A DNA stretch of 40,117 nucleotides from Anaerolineae bacterium. Its GTDB lineage: Bacteria > Chloroflexota > Anaerolineae > E26-bin7. The stretch lies in the NCBI GenBank assembly GCA_029933115.1, contig JAOZOT010000001.1, positions 1 to 40,117 of the forward strand, given 5' to 3'. The notes beneath the pieces were generated by a model. The model was not told the origin of the DNA, ran no database searches, and worked only from the letters and a program-made list of their open reading frames with translations. Made by a program: the position numbers and the translations under genes. Below, piece after piece: positions 1 to 7,180 of the stretch (position 1 is its first letter; each line of letters opens with the position of its first letter).

Positions 1-135
1 AGCTCGCATTTGGTGGCGGTGAAACTACCGAAGGATTTACGCTGTCATGTACTAGGGGGCTCCCCTTGTAAGAGGCATTCTCGGCTGAGGCTCACACGAC
101 GGCTGGTTTATGTATCCGCTACGACCTGGTGACTT

Positions 136-903
136 ATGATGCGGTCAGAAAGAGTAGTACTCATCATCAGCGGCATGCACCGAAGTGGGACTTCACTTGT
201 TGCACACTACTTACAAGAATGTGGTTTGTTCATTGGAAACACACTGGTCGAGCCAGACGTGGGTAACCCCTTGGGCTATTATGAAGATCAAGAGATTCTC
301 GAATTTCACAGAAATGCGCTGAGAAAGGCGGGCATGGATGCCTTTCAAGTTGAAGAGTCCAAGTTGCCCATTCGCGTTGACGATTCTGACAGGCGAAAGG
401 CCATAGAACTTATTGCCCGCAGATCCCGAATTCCACAATGGGGATGGAAAGAACCCAGAACTACCTTGTTTCTAGACTTTTGGGATGGGTTAATCGAGAA
501 CGCAAGATACTTGTTTCTTATCAGACATCCTTTGGCGGTTACTGACTCCCTGCTTAGGCGTGGAACAGATAAGCATATTGTCAGAAAACCAATCATTGGC
601 TTAAGAGCCTGGCGTATCTATAACCAGCAAATTCAGAGATTCTCGCTTGAACACCCCCAAACCACCGTCATCTGCGAAATTGACGACGTGATTGATAAAC
701 CTGATCTTCTTCACAGCTACCTAGTCGAGCAGTTTGGACTGAAGCTAGATTTTGTGCCTTTCGATAAGATCTTCGTGGAACAGGCTTTTCGCAGTGGTCA
801 TTCCAAGCGTGTCAAGTACTTGAGATTGAGACACTTCGTTGAGTATTGGCGTTGTGTCCGGCTATATTGTGAACTCCAAGAGATGAAACTGAAGCTCCGA
901 TGA
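136..903 (+). CDS. Sulfotransferase-family protein
   Basis: This is a 255-aa ORF. The N-terminal loop 'VLIISGMHRSGTSL' resembles a PAPS 5'-phosphosulfate-binding loop. The later 'LIRHPLAVTDSLLRR' resembles a 3'-phosphate-binding motif. The stop overlaps the next start (ATGA at 900-903). Confidence 0.75.
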   Translation: MMRSERVVLIISGMHRSGTSLVAHYLQECGLFIGNTLVEPDVGNPLGYYEDQEILEFHRNALRKAGMDAFQVEESKLPIRVDDSDRRKAIELIARRSRIPQWGWKEPRTTLFLDFWDGLIENARYLFLIRHPLAVTDSLLRRGTDKHIVRKPIIGLRAWRIYNQQIQRFSLEHPQTTVICEIDDVIDKPDLLHSYLVEQFGLKLDFVPFDKIFVEQAFRSGHSKRVKYLRLRHFVEYWRCVRLYCELQEMKLKLR

Positions 904-2189
904 AGGTTCTTCACATCAACACCCTGGACAAAGTCGGCGGCGCGGCGCGGGCTATGTACCGCCTACATCAGGGCCTCCAACGTCTGGGCCACCATTCCCA
1001 ACTCCTGGTTGGCCGTCAGACTACACTGGAACCAGGCATTGATTACATCAGTCGCCAAATCAAACCCTTCCGCACCTTGGCCGACAAGCTGCTGGACCGT
1101 ATTGGCATGCGGCTGGAAAGACGTTTTGGCTTAGACATCTGGTCTTACCGCAATTCATGGCGCATTCCTCAAACGCTCACTTTCCGCCAAGCCGATGTGA
1201 TTAACCTGCATAACCTGCACGGCGGCTATTTCAATTTTCGCGCGTTGCCCAAACTGGCCCGTCATAAACCGATTGTCTGGACGCTCCACGACATGTGGGC
1301 GCTGACAGGCCACTGTGCCTATTCGTACGACTGCGAGCGCTGGCGCACCGGTTGTTACGATTGTCCGCTATTGAAGGACACCGGACAGCAGATTGTTGAG
1401 CCGCCGCCAGTGCCGGTGGATCGTACTCGCTCGGTGTGGGAAGCAAAGCGACGTGTTTACCAGATCACACCTCTGCGCGTCGTCACGCCATCCGAATGGT
1501 TGCGTGGTCTGGCTCAGGAGAGCATTCTGGCCTCTGCCGCTACCATTCAGTGCATCCCGCACGGGATAGATTTGGACGTATTTCGCCCTATAGAGCAAGA
1601 AGTTGCCAGAAAGGCTCTCAACCTGCCCATGAATGGCCACATGATCTTTTTCTCAGCCCACGGTGTTATGCATGGGCGCAAGGGGTTCTCTTACCTGCTG
1701 CAGGCTTTGGAAAAGCTGCCAGACACGAAATCCATCTGGCTGCTGACAAGCGGTGGTCACGCCGAACTGGGCCAACAGGCTGAACGCTTCAGCATATGCC
1801 AATTGGGCCACCTGAGTGACGAGAGGCTCCAACGACTGGCCTTTTGCGCAGCAGACCTGTTCGTCTTCCCAACGCTGGCTGATAACCAACCCCTTGTCGT
1901 TCTCGAAGCCCTGGCCTGTGGCACACCGATTGTCTCTTTTGACGTAGGTGGTGTGCCGGAGATGGTACGACACATGGAAACCGGCTACCTGGCCCGCTAC
2001 AGGGATGCCGATGACCTGGCTCGAGGCATACAGCTCCTCTTAAATGATGACAATTTGCGGACTCGAATGCGCCATCGTTGTCGTCAAATCGCCGAGTCAG
2101 AATATTCGTTAGAACTTCAAGCCCGGCGATATCTGGAAGTATACAAGCGGGCAATTGAACATGCTCATGCGCTGTCCAACCCTGACTGA
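900..2189 (+). CDS. Glycosyltransferase, GT4 / group 1 (GT-B fold)
   Basis: N-terminus is '[17 protein letters not shown]'. The C-terminal '[36 protein letters not shown]' is an E-x7-E region. There is a Cys cluster '[19 protein letters not shown]'. The last 8 codons and the stop lie inside repeat copy A (see findings). Confidence 0.85.
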   Translation: MKVLHINTLDKVGGAARAMYRLHQGLQRLGHHSQLLVGRQTTLEPGIDYISRQIKPFRTLADKLLDRIGMRLERRFGLDIWSYRNSWRIPQTLTFRQADVINLHNLHGGYFNFRALPKLARHKPIVWTLHDMWALTGHCAYSYDCERWRTGCYDCPLLKDTGQQIVEPPPVPVDRTRSVWEAKRRVYQITPLRVVTPSEWLRGLAQESILASAATIQCIPHGIDLDVFRPIEQEVARKALNLPMNGHMIFFSAHGVMHGRKGFSYLLQALEKLPDTKSIWLLTSGGHAELGQQAERFSICQLGHLSDERLQRLAFCAADLFVFPTLADNQPLVVLEALACGTPIVSFDVGGVPEMVRHMETGYLARYRDADDLARGIQLLLNDDNLRTRMRHRCRQIAESEYSLELQARRYLEVYKRAIEHAHALSNPD

Positions 2190-2263
2190 ACTCTCCCTAC
2201 TCCCGTTGGGCAAAACCGGCTGGCCCTTCGACGTTGCTTAGGACAGGCCGTGGACGGAGGAGA
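2167..2263 (+). pseudogene. Stub of a GT2 gene start (copy A)
   Basis: It reads [20 protein letters not shown], then a 24-nt insert carrying an in-frame TAG, then WTEE. This is homologous to the start of the intact GT2 at 5332. It sits in a different frame from the GT4 3' end that it overlaps. Confidence 0.7.
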
Positions 2264-2500
2264 CCAGTCACATGCCTCCGTGGCCTGCCACCTCCCGACA
2301 TCACCGGCGCGGGCGACACTGTGGTCGCCGCCCTGTCATTGGCCCTGGCCGCTGGCGCTACTCTGGAGCAGGCCGCACGGCTGGCCAACGCCACTGCGGG
2401 CATTGTGGTGGGCAAAGTAGGCACGGCGACAGTATCGCTGGAGGAACTGCATGTAACTTTGTCCAACGGAGGTGACCATGCGCTGCCCACCCCTGAGTGA
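2264..2500 (+). pseudogene. 3' remnant of a PfkB-family sugar kinase (RfaE/HldE domain-I-like)
   Basis: Only the last ~65-75 codons are present. '[47 protein letters not shown]' matches the C-terminal GAGD/anion-hole region of PfkB kinases. No upstream kinase body exists. Confidence 0.7.
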
Positions 2501-2579
2501 GCTCCCGCCCCCGCCGCCGGATAAAACCGGCTGGCCGTGGACGGAGGAGAGCCCACAGCTTCCGGATGCCATGCCCGAC
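2478..2579 (+). pseudogene. Stub of a GT2 gene start (copy B)
   Basis: It reads [34 protein letters not shown] with RBS 'ggaggtgacc' upstream. By hand alignment it is about four-fifths identical to 5332-5433. It breaks off into the GC-rich repeat at 2580. Confidence 0.75.
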
Positions 2580-2642
2580 CCTTCGACAAGCTCAGGACAG
2601 GCCCTTCGACCAGGCTCCCTTCGGCCTTGCTCAGGGCAGGTC
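2580..2642. repeat. GC-rich degenerate tandem mini-repeat (about 2.5 units)
   Basis: The units are 'cttcgacaagctcaggacaggcc', 'cttcgaccaggctc' and 'ccttcggccttgctcagggcaggtc'. A related single 24-nt unit sits at 2226-2249. Confidence 0.6.
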
Positions 2643-2647
2643 ACAAT

Positions 2648-4273
2648 TCACAGATTGATGGGGTATCGGCCGTACGTTCTCATCAACAAATTAACGTCTT
2701 CCAGACCCCAGAGGTGAAGCTCTTCCTCTTCTGCCAGAGCAGGCACACGGCTGTCGTATCCGGCCAGGCAGATCAGAATCTTCTGTTCGACCGGACAGGT
2801 AACCAGGGAGCGCAACTTTTCCAGAAAACGCTTTGCCATGCCTGCGTCCACGGGCCTATCCTTCACCTCAGCGATCCAGACCCGGCCTTCACGACGGGCG
2901 ACGATGTCGTATTGCTTACCATCAATCACCTCAGCGGCGACACTGTCAAAGTGGGGGAGACGCAGCCCACGCAGCGAGGTTCGGCCATCAAAGGCGGCGA
3001 ACAGTTCCCTGATCCTGGCTTCGTTGCCCTTGCCAAGTTCCGTTTTGAAGGCGGCGATCATTCGCTCTACCTGGCTTTTGAAAAAATCATACCGCTCGTG
3101 CAGGCCCAGAATGGTCAGGTCCTCTTCCAGCGAGTAGACCTCCCGGATCCAGAGTTCCAGCAGGGGGTCCAGGAAGAAATATCGGGCCTTAGCACGATAC
3201 AGGAAACCCATATCCACCAGCCGCCGCAGGGGGGTGCTGACATTCTCCTTTTTCAGCCGCAGCGCCCTGGCGATCTCGGAGACGGAATGTTTTCCCAGGG
3301 CGATGGCCTTCAGCAGGTTGAGGTAGGTCTTGTAGCCCCGCGCCTGGAAGGAAGCCTCGATGAGATAGGCCAGGTAAGTGTAGATCGGCCCGTTGCTGGC
3401 AAAGGTCGTGGAGAGAAGCGCTTCGGTGATGACCGACTCGCTGGCGCGCCTGAGGGCCGGGGCGCGCCTGAGGATCTCATCGGTGAGGACATCGAGGTAG
3501 TAGGGATAGCCCCCGGTGGTCTGAGCCAGGAAGGCCAGTTGGGTCTCGTTGAGCAGCAGTTTGCCGGCCAGTTTCTCGATGATGAAGCCCCGAGCTACAG
3601 GGAAGGGGAAGGGCTGCACCAGTTCGATCTTGAAATGGCCAAAGAGGGGGTTCTTCCGATTGCGGAACATGTCTTCGATAGCGCTGATGGAGGAGCCGGC
3701 GACGATGAGGCCGAAACGCCGCTGATGAAGGAGATGCTGGCGCAGCCGGTGCTCGAAGGCGGGATAGCCGAAGGAGCGCACGTTCTGGAATTCGTCCAGG
3801 GCCAGCAGGTAGTAGATGTCCCGTTCCTGGCCCAGTCTTTCGGCCAGTTCAAACAGCAGGTCGAAAGTGACCTCGGCCTCTTTGGTGACCAGGGAGGGGA
3901 GGTCGAGCCATTTGCTCCCCAGGCGGGGAAAGAGGGGCAGGAGAGCCTGGGCCAGGGAGCGGAGTTTTTCCTCCCGGTTCAATCCCAGGAGCGCTGTCTG
4001 GTCGAGAGCCTGGAAGTGGAGAGCTGTGCGGGTGAGGAGACTCAGCAGAGCGGCCAGCGCAAAGTCCCGGAAAGAGCCCGGCTCGACATAGGTGTAGCAG
4101 AACAGAACATGCTCGTGTGAGCGCAGCATTTCATCGAGGCGGAAGAGGATAAGGGTTTTCCCGATCTTGCGTACCCCGATGAGGGCCAGGTTCTCGATCT
4201 TGCCCTGGGGCAACCCCTTGGCCAGAGCCAGGAGCCTGTTCAGTTCATCCTCGCGGTTGTAGAAAAAGGACAT
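2648..4273 (-). CDS. Archaeal-type P-loop ATPase (Arch_ATPase family) with wHTH and C-terminal DUF234-like domain
   Basis: This is a 541-aa ORF. N-terminus is 'FYNREDELNRL', Walker A is 'GVRKIGKT' and Walker B is 'YLLALDEFQ'. A wHTH-like stretch reads 'HSVSEIARALRLKKENVSTPLRRLVDMGFL'. The C-terminal 'QYDIVARREGRVWIAEVKDR' resembles a D..E-x-K nuclease-type core. GGAG lies 8-9 nt upstream of the ATG. Confidence 0.85.
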   Translation of the reverse strand: MSFFYNREDELNRLLALAKGLPQGKIENLALIGVRKIGKTLILFRLDEMLRSHEHVLFCYTYVEPGSFRDFALAALLSLLTRTALHFQALDQTALLGLNREEKLRSLAQALLPLFPRLGSKWLDLPSLVTKEAEVTFDLLFELAERLGQERDIYYLLALDEFQNVRSFGYPAFEHRLRQHLLHQRRFGLIVAGSSISAIEDMFRNRKNPLFGHFKIELVQPFPFPVARGFIIEKLAGKLLLNETQLAFLAQTTGGYPYYLDVLTDEILRRAPALRRASESVITEALLSTTFASNGPIYTYLAYLIEASFQARGYKTYLNLLKAIALGKHSVSEIARALRLKKENVSTPLRRLVDMGFLYRAKARYFFLDPLLELWIREVYSLEEDLTILGLHERYDFFKSQVERMIAAFKTELGKGNEARIRELFAAFDGRTSLRGLRLPHFDSVAAEVIDGKQYDIVARREGRVWIAEVKDRPVDAGMAKRFLEKLRSLVTCPVEQKILICLAGYDSRVPALAEEEELHLWGLEDVNLLMRTYGRYPINL

Positions 4274-4292
4274 GGTAGACAGCTCCGTCTAT

Positions 4293-4341
4293 AGACAAAC
4301 TTGTCTGCTATGAGTGTAGCATAGCTTCACCACCTTGTCAA
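4293..4341 (-). promoter_or_regulatory. Predicted sigma70-type promoter plus palindromic operator for the ATPase gene
   Basis: On the minus strand: TTGACA (4341-4336), 17-nt spacer, TACACT (4318-4313). A perfect palindrome AGACAA-NN-TTGTCT (4293-4306) lies between the -10 and the RBS. A further inverted repeat gctatg/catagc is at 4307-4325. Confidence 0.6.
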
Positions 4342-4531
4342 AAGGGATTCGTGTCAATTCGTGGTGAAACGACCCGGCGGAGGGACAAGAGCATTTGTAC
4401 CCAAATGGTGCTTCACAACCAGCCATTCGCCATCCAAATTCAGCCACCAGCAAACTAGAAAAGACTGTGGCCATAGAGTATTGGCAGGAAACTGAAGAGG
4501 AACACCCAGATGCCCAGGGGCCTGAGCCGTC

Positions 4532-4945
4532 TCACGTACGCTCGAGCTTTTCAATCCGGATTCGATCCTCAAGTTGCTCTGGTTCAGGGTCCCCGGTCAC
4601 CAGAACGGCACCCAGGTCCTGGGCCGTTGCGGCGGCGAAGGCATTTGCATAGGAGATGGCATACCCCATCTTGAAACGGGCGGCTGTGAACACGGCTTCC
4701 TCGGTGGCAGGAACAACGGTCAGCGACAAGCGGCGAATCTCATCCAGCGTTTCCTGGGCCTCCTTCTCCCCTTTGACCTTACCGATGCGGTAGATGACCT
4801 CGCCGAGGTTGATGATGGAGATGAACAGTTCGACGTTCCCTTCCTCTGCCTCTTCCAGCAACCCTTTGACCCGTGAGGCTGCCGGCTCTTCCTTCTGCAA
4901 GAGAGCCAGAACCGCCCACGCATCAAGGACGAACCGCTTCTTCAT
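4532..4945 (-). CDS. vapC: PIN-domain toxin, VapC-like
   Basis: This is a 137-aa ORF. It has 'FVLDAWAV' (first acidic residue), 'LGEVIY' and 'LVTGDPE'. It overlaps the upstream AbrB-type antitoxin gene by 23 nt. The position I expect to be Asp reads Asn ('ISYANAF'). Confidence 0.8.
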   Translation of the reverse strand: MKKRFVLDAWAVLALLQKEEPAASRVKGLLEEAEEGNVELFISIINLGEVIYRIGKVKGEKEAQETLDEIRRLSLTVVPATEEAVFTAARFKMGYAISYANAFAAATAQDLGAVLVTGDPEPEQLEDRIRIEKLERT

Positions 4946-5168
4946 GTTCTATCTCCCGGCGGTGTTCTGCCTCCAGGTCGGTGAGGAAATCGGCATCGGG
5001 GTATTTGCCGTACAAGGCGGCGATGGGAGAGGGGGTTATCGGCTCCAGAAGGATTCTGCCCTCAGTGACCCGGATATGGAACTGAGTACCGGTTCGCAGC
5101 CCCAGAGCCTGCCGTATTGCTTTGGGGATGACCAATTGACCCTTGGATGAAAGTTTGGTTAACATCAT
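4923..5168 (-). CDS. vapB: SpoVT/AbrB-domain antitoxin, VapB/MazE-like
   Basis: 'LSSKGQLVIPKAIRQALGLRTGTQF' is the swapped-hairpin AbrB motif. I moved the start from 5183 to ATG 5168 because GAGGTGA sits 4-5 nt upstream of it. Confidence 0.8.
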   Translation of the reverse strand: MMLTKLSSKGQLVIPKAIRQALGLRTGTQFHIRVTEGRILLEPITPSPIAALYGKYPDADFLTDLEAEHRREIEHEEAVRP

Positions 5169-5189
5169 TATTTCACCTCGCATTGGTAT

Positions 5190-5237
5190 GTCTTACCTTT
5201 AAGTCTAGATTGTAAGACGAATCAGCCAATTTGTCAA
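5190..5237 (-). promoter_or_regulatory. Predicted sigma70-type promoter plus inverted-repeat operator for vapBC
   Basis: On the minus strand: TTGACA (5237-5232), 17-nt spacer, TACAAT (5214-5209). A 7-bp inverted repeat GTCTTAC (5190-5196) / GTAAGAC (5212-5218) overlaps the -10. Confidence 0.6.
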
Positions 5238-5249
5238 ATTCGCCCTAAC

Positions 5250-5280
5250 GCGTTGAGCGTTGCGCGTTGGTGCGTTGAGC
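5250..5280. repeat. Short direct repeats 'gcgttgagc' / 'gcgttgg'
   Basis: The sequence gcgttgagc-gttgc-gcgttgg-t-gcgttgagc lies at the right edge of the insert, just upstream of the GT2 RBS. Confidence 0.5.
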
Positions 5281-5331
5281 ACATTTGGAAGGGCATTGTG
5301 CTACACCGTTTAACGTTCCAACAGAGGAGCC

Positions 5332-6360
5332 ATGCGTTGTCCAACCCTGAGTGAACTTCCGCCCCCGCCGCTGGGCAAAACCGGCTGGCCGTGGACCGAG
5401 GAAAGCCCACAGTTGCCAGACACGATGCCTGATGGACAACCCTGGCCGCGGGTAAGCATCGTCACGCCGTCGTACAACCAGGGACAGTTCATCAAGGAGA
5501 CCATCCGTTCAGTGCTGCTCCAGGGCTATCCGGACCTGGAGTACATCATCATTGATGGCGGTTCCACCGATGGCAGCGTGGACATCATCCGCAAGTATGA
5601 GCCCTGGCTGGCCTACTGGGTTAGTGAGCCGGATGAGGGACAAGCAGATGCGATCAATAAAGGTCTTCAGATAGCGCAGGGAGAGATAGTAGCCTGGTTG
5701 AATTCGGATGATGTATACCTGCCAGGAGCAATGTCGGCTGTCGCAAAAGCCTGGATGGCATACCCCAACAGCCTGATCGTCGGGGATGTAATCAACTTTG
5801 ACGAGGAGACCGGCAAGGAGGAGTTGGTCCACCAGCAGGGCATCACCCTGGAAAAGTTTATTGACTTCTGGTCCGAACCAAGACCGAGTTGGCACCAGCC
5901 TGGACTGTTCTTCCCTCGTGTTGCTTGGCAAAGGGTAGGGCCGCTGGATGAGTCGTTGTGGTATGCCATGGACTACGACTTGATGTGCCGTCTGCTGCAA
6001 TACTATCCTGTCGTCTATCTGGATCAAGTAGTGGCAAAATTTCGAAAGCATCCGACGTCTAAAACGGTTTCTGGCTCATTGCGCGGCATGATAGAGCTTA
6101 TGACGGTTCCTCGACGTTATTGGCATCTGGTGCCAACCCTCGACACTGTGGAGTATGATCGACATTGCGTCCAACATTTAGTCAGGTATTTTGTGACGAG
6201 TGTTTTGCAGCGTCAGTTTGGCAGAGCCCGGTGTGCTCTGAAACATGCTTGGGAAATCAGTCCTGTTGAGACTGTACGGAGTGGGCTGCTGGAGATGTTC
6301 TCTCGCTCTCGTGAGAAGTTACAGAGGGGGTGGAAACATGCGTCTTCCCCAAGCCAGTGA
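5332..6360 (+). CDS. Glycosyltransferase family 2 (GT-A)
   Basis: 'PRVSIVTPSYNQGQFIKETIRSVLLQGYPDLEYIIIDGGSTDGS' and 'WLNSDD'. RBS 'agaggag' is 5 nt upstream. This is the intact copy (C) of the repeated gene start. Confidence 0.9.
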   Translation: MRCPTLSELPPPPLGKTGWPWTEESPQLPDTMPDGQPWPRVSIVTPSYNQGQFIKETIRSVLLQGYPDLEYIIIDGGSTDGSVDIIRKYEPWLAYWVSEPDEGQADAINKGLQIAQGEIVAWLNSDDVYLPGAMSAVAKAWMAYPNSLIVGDVINFDEETGKEELVHQQGITLEKFIDFWSEPRPSWHQPGLFFPRVAWQRVGPLDESLWYAMDYDLMCRLLQYYPVVYLDQVVAKFRKHPTSKTVSGSLRGMIELMTVPRRYWHLVPTLDTVEYDRHCVQHLVRYFVTSVLQRQFGRARCALKHAWEISPVETVRSGLLEMFSRSREKLQRGWKHASSPSQ

Positions 6361-7180
6361 AATACGCAGCAATGGAGCGTGGCATCTTTACCGACATGAC
6401 TTGCTTGAATGGCATAACCCAAATTGGCTGTATCGTCTCGATTATAGATACCGTTTACATCGTGTTATTGAGCTTGTCAAGCGATATGCGCCCGGGCGGC
6501 AATGTTTGGAAGTAGGTTGCGCTCAGGCGAACACGAGCCTGTTGCTAGCTGAGCAAGGGTATAAGGCTACGGTTCTGGACCTGGATTCTGAATTTATTGG
6601 GTATGCTCGTTTAAAACACACGCACGGAGAGGTGCGCTTTCTGGTAGCAAACGGAGAGAACCTGCCATTTTCCAATGCCAGCTTCCATGTGGTGCTTCTA
6701 ACTGAATTGCTAGAGCATGTGGCGTATCCAGAAGATTTTTTACAAGAGGTGCATCGGGTGCTCTTTCCAAACGGCATAATTGTGCTCACTACCCCTAATG
6801 GTGCCCATCATCAAAGTGAGTTGCCAACGTTCGAGCAGGTGAGACTGGACCGTACCCCTATTGTAACTAAGCAATTTGGACCAGATGCTGGCGACCATCT
6901 GTTCCTATTCAAAATGAGAGAACTGCAGACGGTTGTTAAATACGCTGGATATCAGGTTGTACACGCAGAAGAGTTTTTTGTGGACGTTGTTCGTCGGATT
7001 CGTGGTAAATTATGGTCGTATAAAATTTGGCAAGGAGTTGGCTCGATCTTGACTAGACCTTTAGCTGTGATATTTCTTCAGCTGGATGCAATTTTGAGAA
7101 GGCTACATCTGGTTGACTCAGAGCGGTCTGCTATGGGTTTGCTGTTGGTGGCAGTCAAAGAAAATGAACCCTCTAGTTAG
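6338..7180 (+). CDS. Class I SAM-dependent methyltransferase
   Basis: 'CLEVGCAQANTSLLLAEQGYKATVLDLD' is a motif-I variant, with 'FHVVLLTELLEHV' downstream. I placed the start at ATG 6338 behind 'gaggggg'. The track ORF from 6245 is an in-frame extension overlapping the GT2. Confidence 0.75.
   Translation: MRLPQASEIRSNGAWHLYRHDLLEWHNPNWLYRLDYRYRLHRVIELVKRYAPGRQCLEVGCAQANTSLLLAEQGYKATVLDLDSEFIGYARLKHTHGEVRFLVANGENLPFSNASFHVVLLTELLEHVAYPEDFLQEVHRVLFPNGIIVLTTPNGAHHQSELPTFEQVRLDRTPIVTKQFGPDAGDHLFLFKMRELQTVVKYAGYQVVHAEEFFVDVVRRIRGKLWSYKIWQGVGSILTRPLAVIFLQLDAILRRLHLVDSERSAMGLLLVAVKENEPSS

Noticed and set aside
1-135. A possible 3' end of an upstream gene (open frames ending at TAA 69-71 or TGA 130-132).
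   Set aside because: It is too short, has no recognisable motif, and two frames are equally plausible.
2472-2717. An 81-aa ORF that might be a small protein.
   Set aside because: It is the GT2 start stub (copy B) reading on into the mini-repeat and the antisense of the ATPase 3' end. It is not an independent gene.
2537-4120. A 527-aa plus-strand ORF, the longest plus-strand ORF in the insert.
   Set aside because: It is antisense to the ATPase gene, which has clear Walker A/B, wHTH and DUF234 motifs. Its translation is Gly/Glu/Gln/Pro-rich with no motif, and its 5' end reads through the GT2 stub and the GC-rich repeat. This is a typical shadow ORF in GC-rich DNA.
4345-4531. An unassigned 185-bp spacer between the vapC stop and the ATPase promoter, with small minus-strand ORFs (61 and 72 aa).
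   Set aside because: The ORFs overlap the predicted promoter or the vapC 3' end and have no RBS or motif. I could find no convincing terminator hairpin or RNA structure by eye. It is left unannotated.
2167-5433. Calling the insert an IS element, transposon or integrative element.
   Set aside because: I found no transposase, integrase or recombinase ORF and no terminal inverted repeats. The flanking direct repeats are diverged gene segments rather than target-site duplications. I report it as a recombination insert only.
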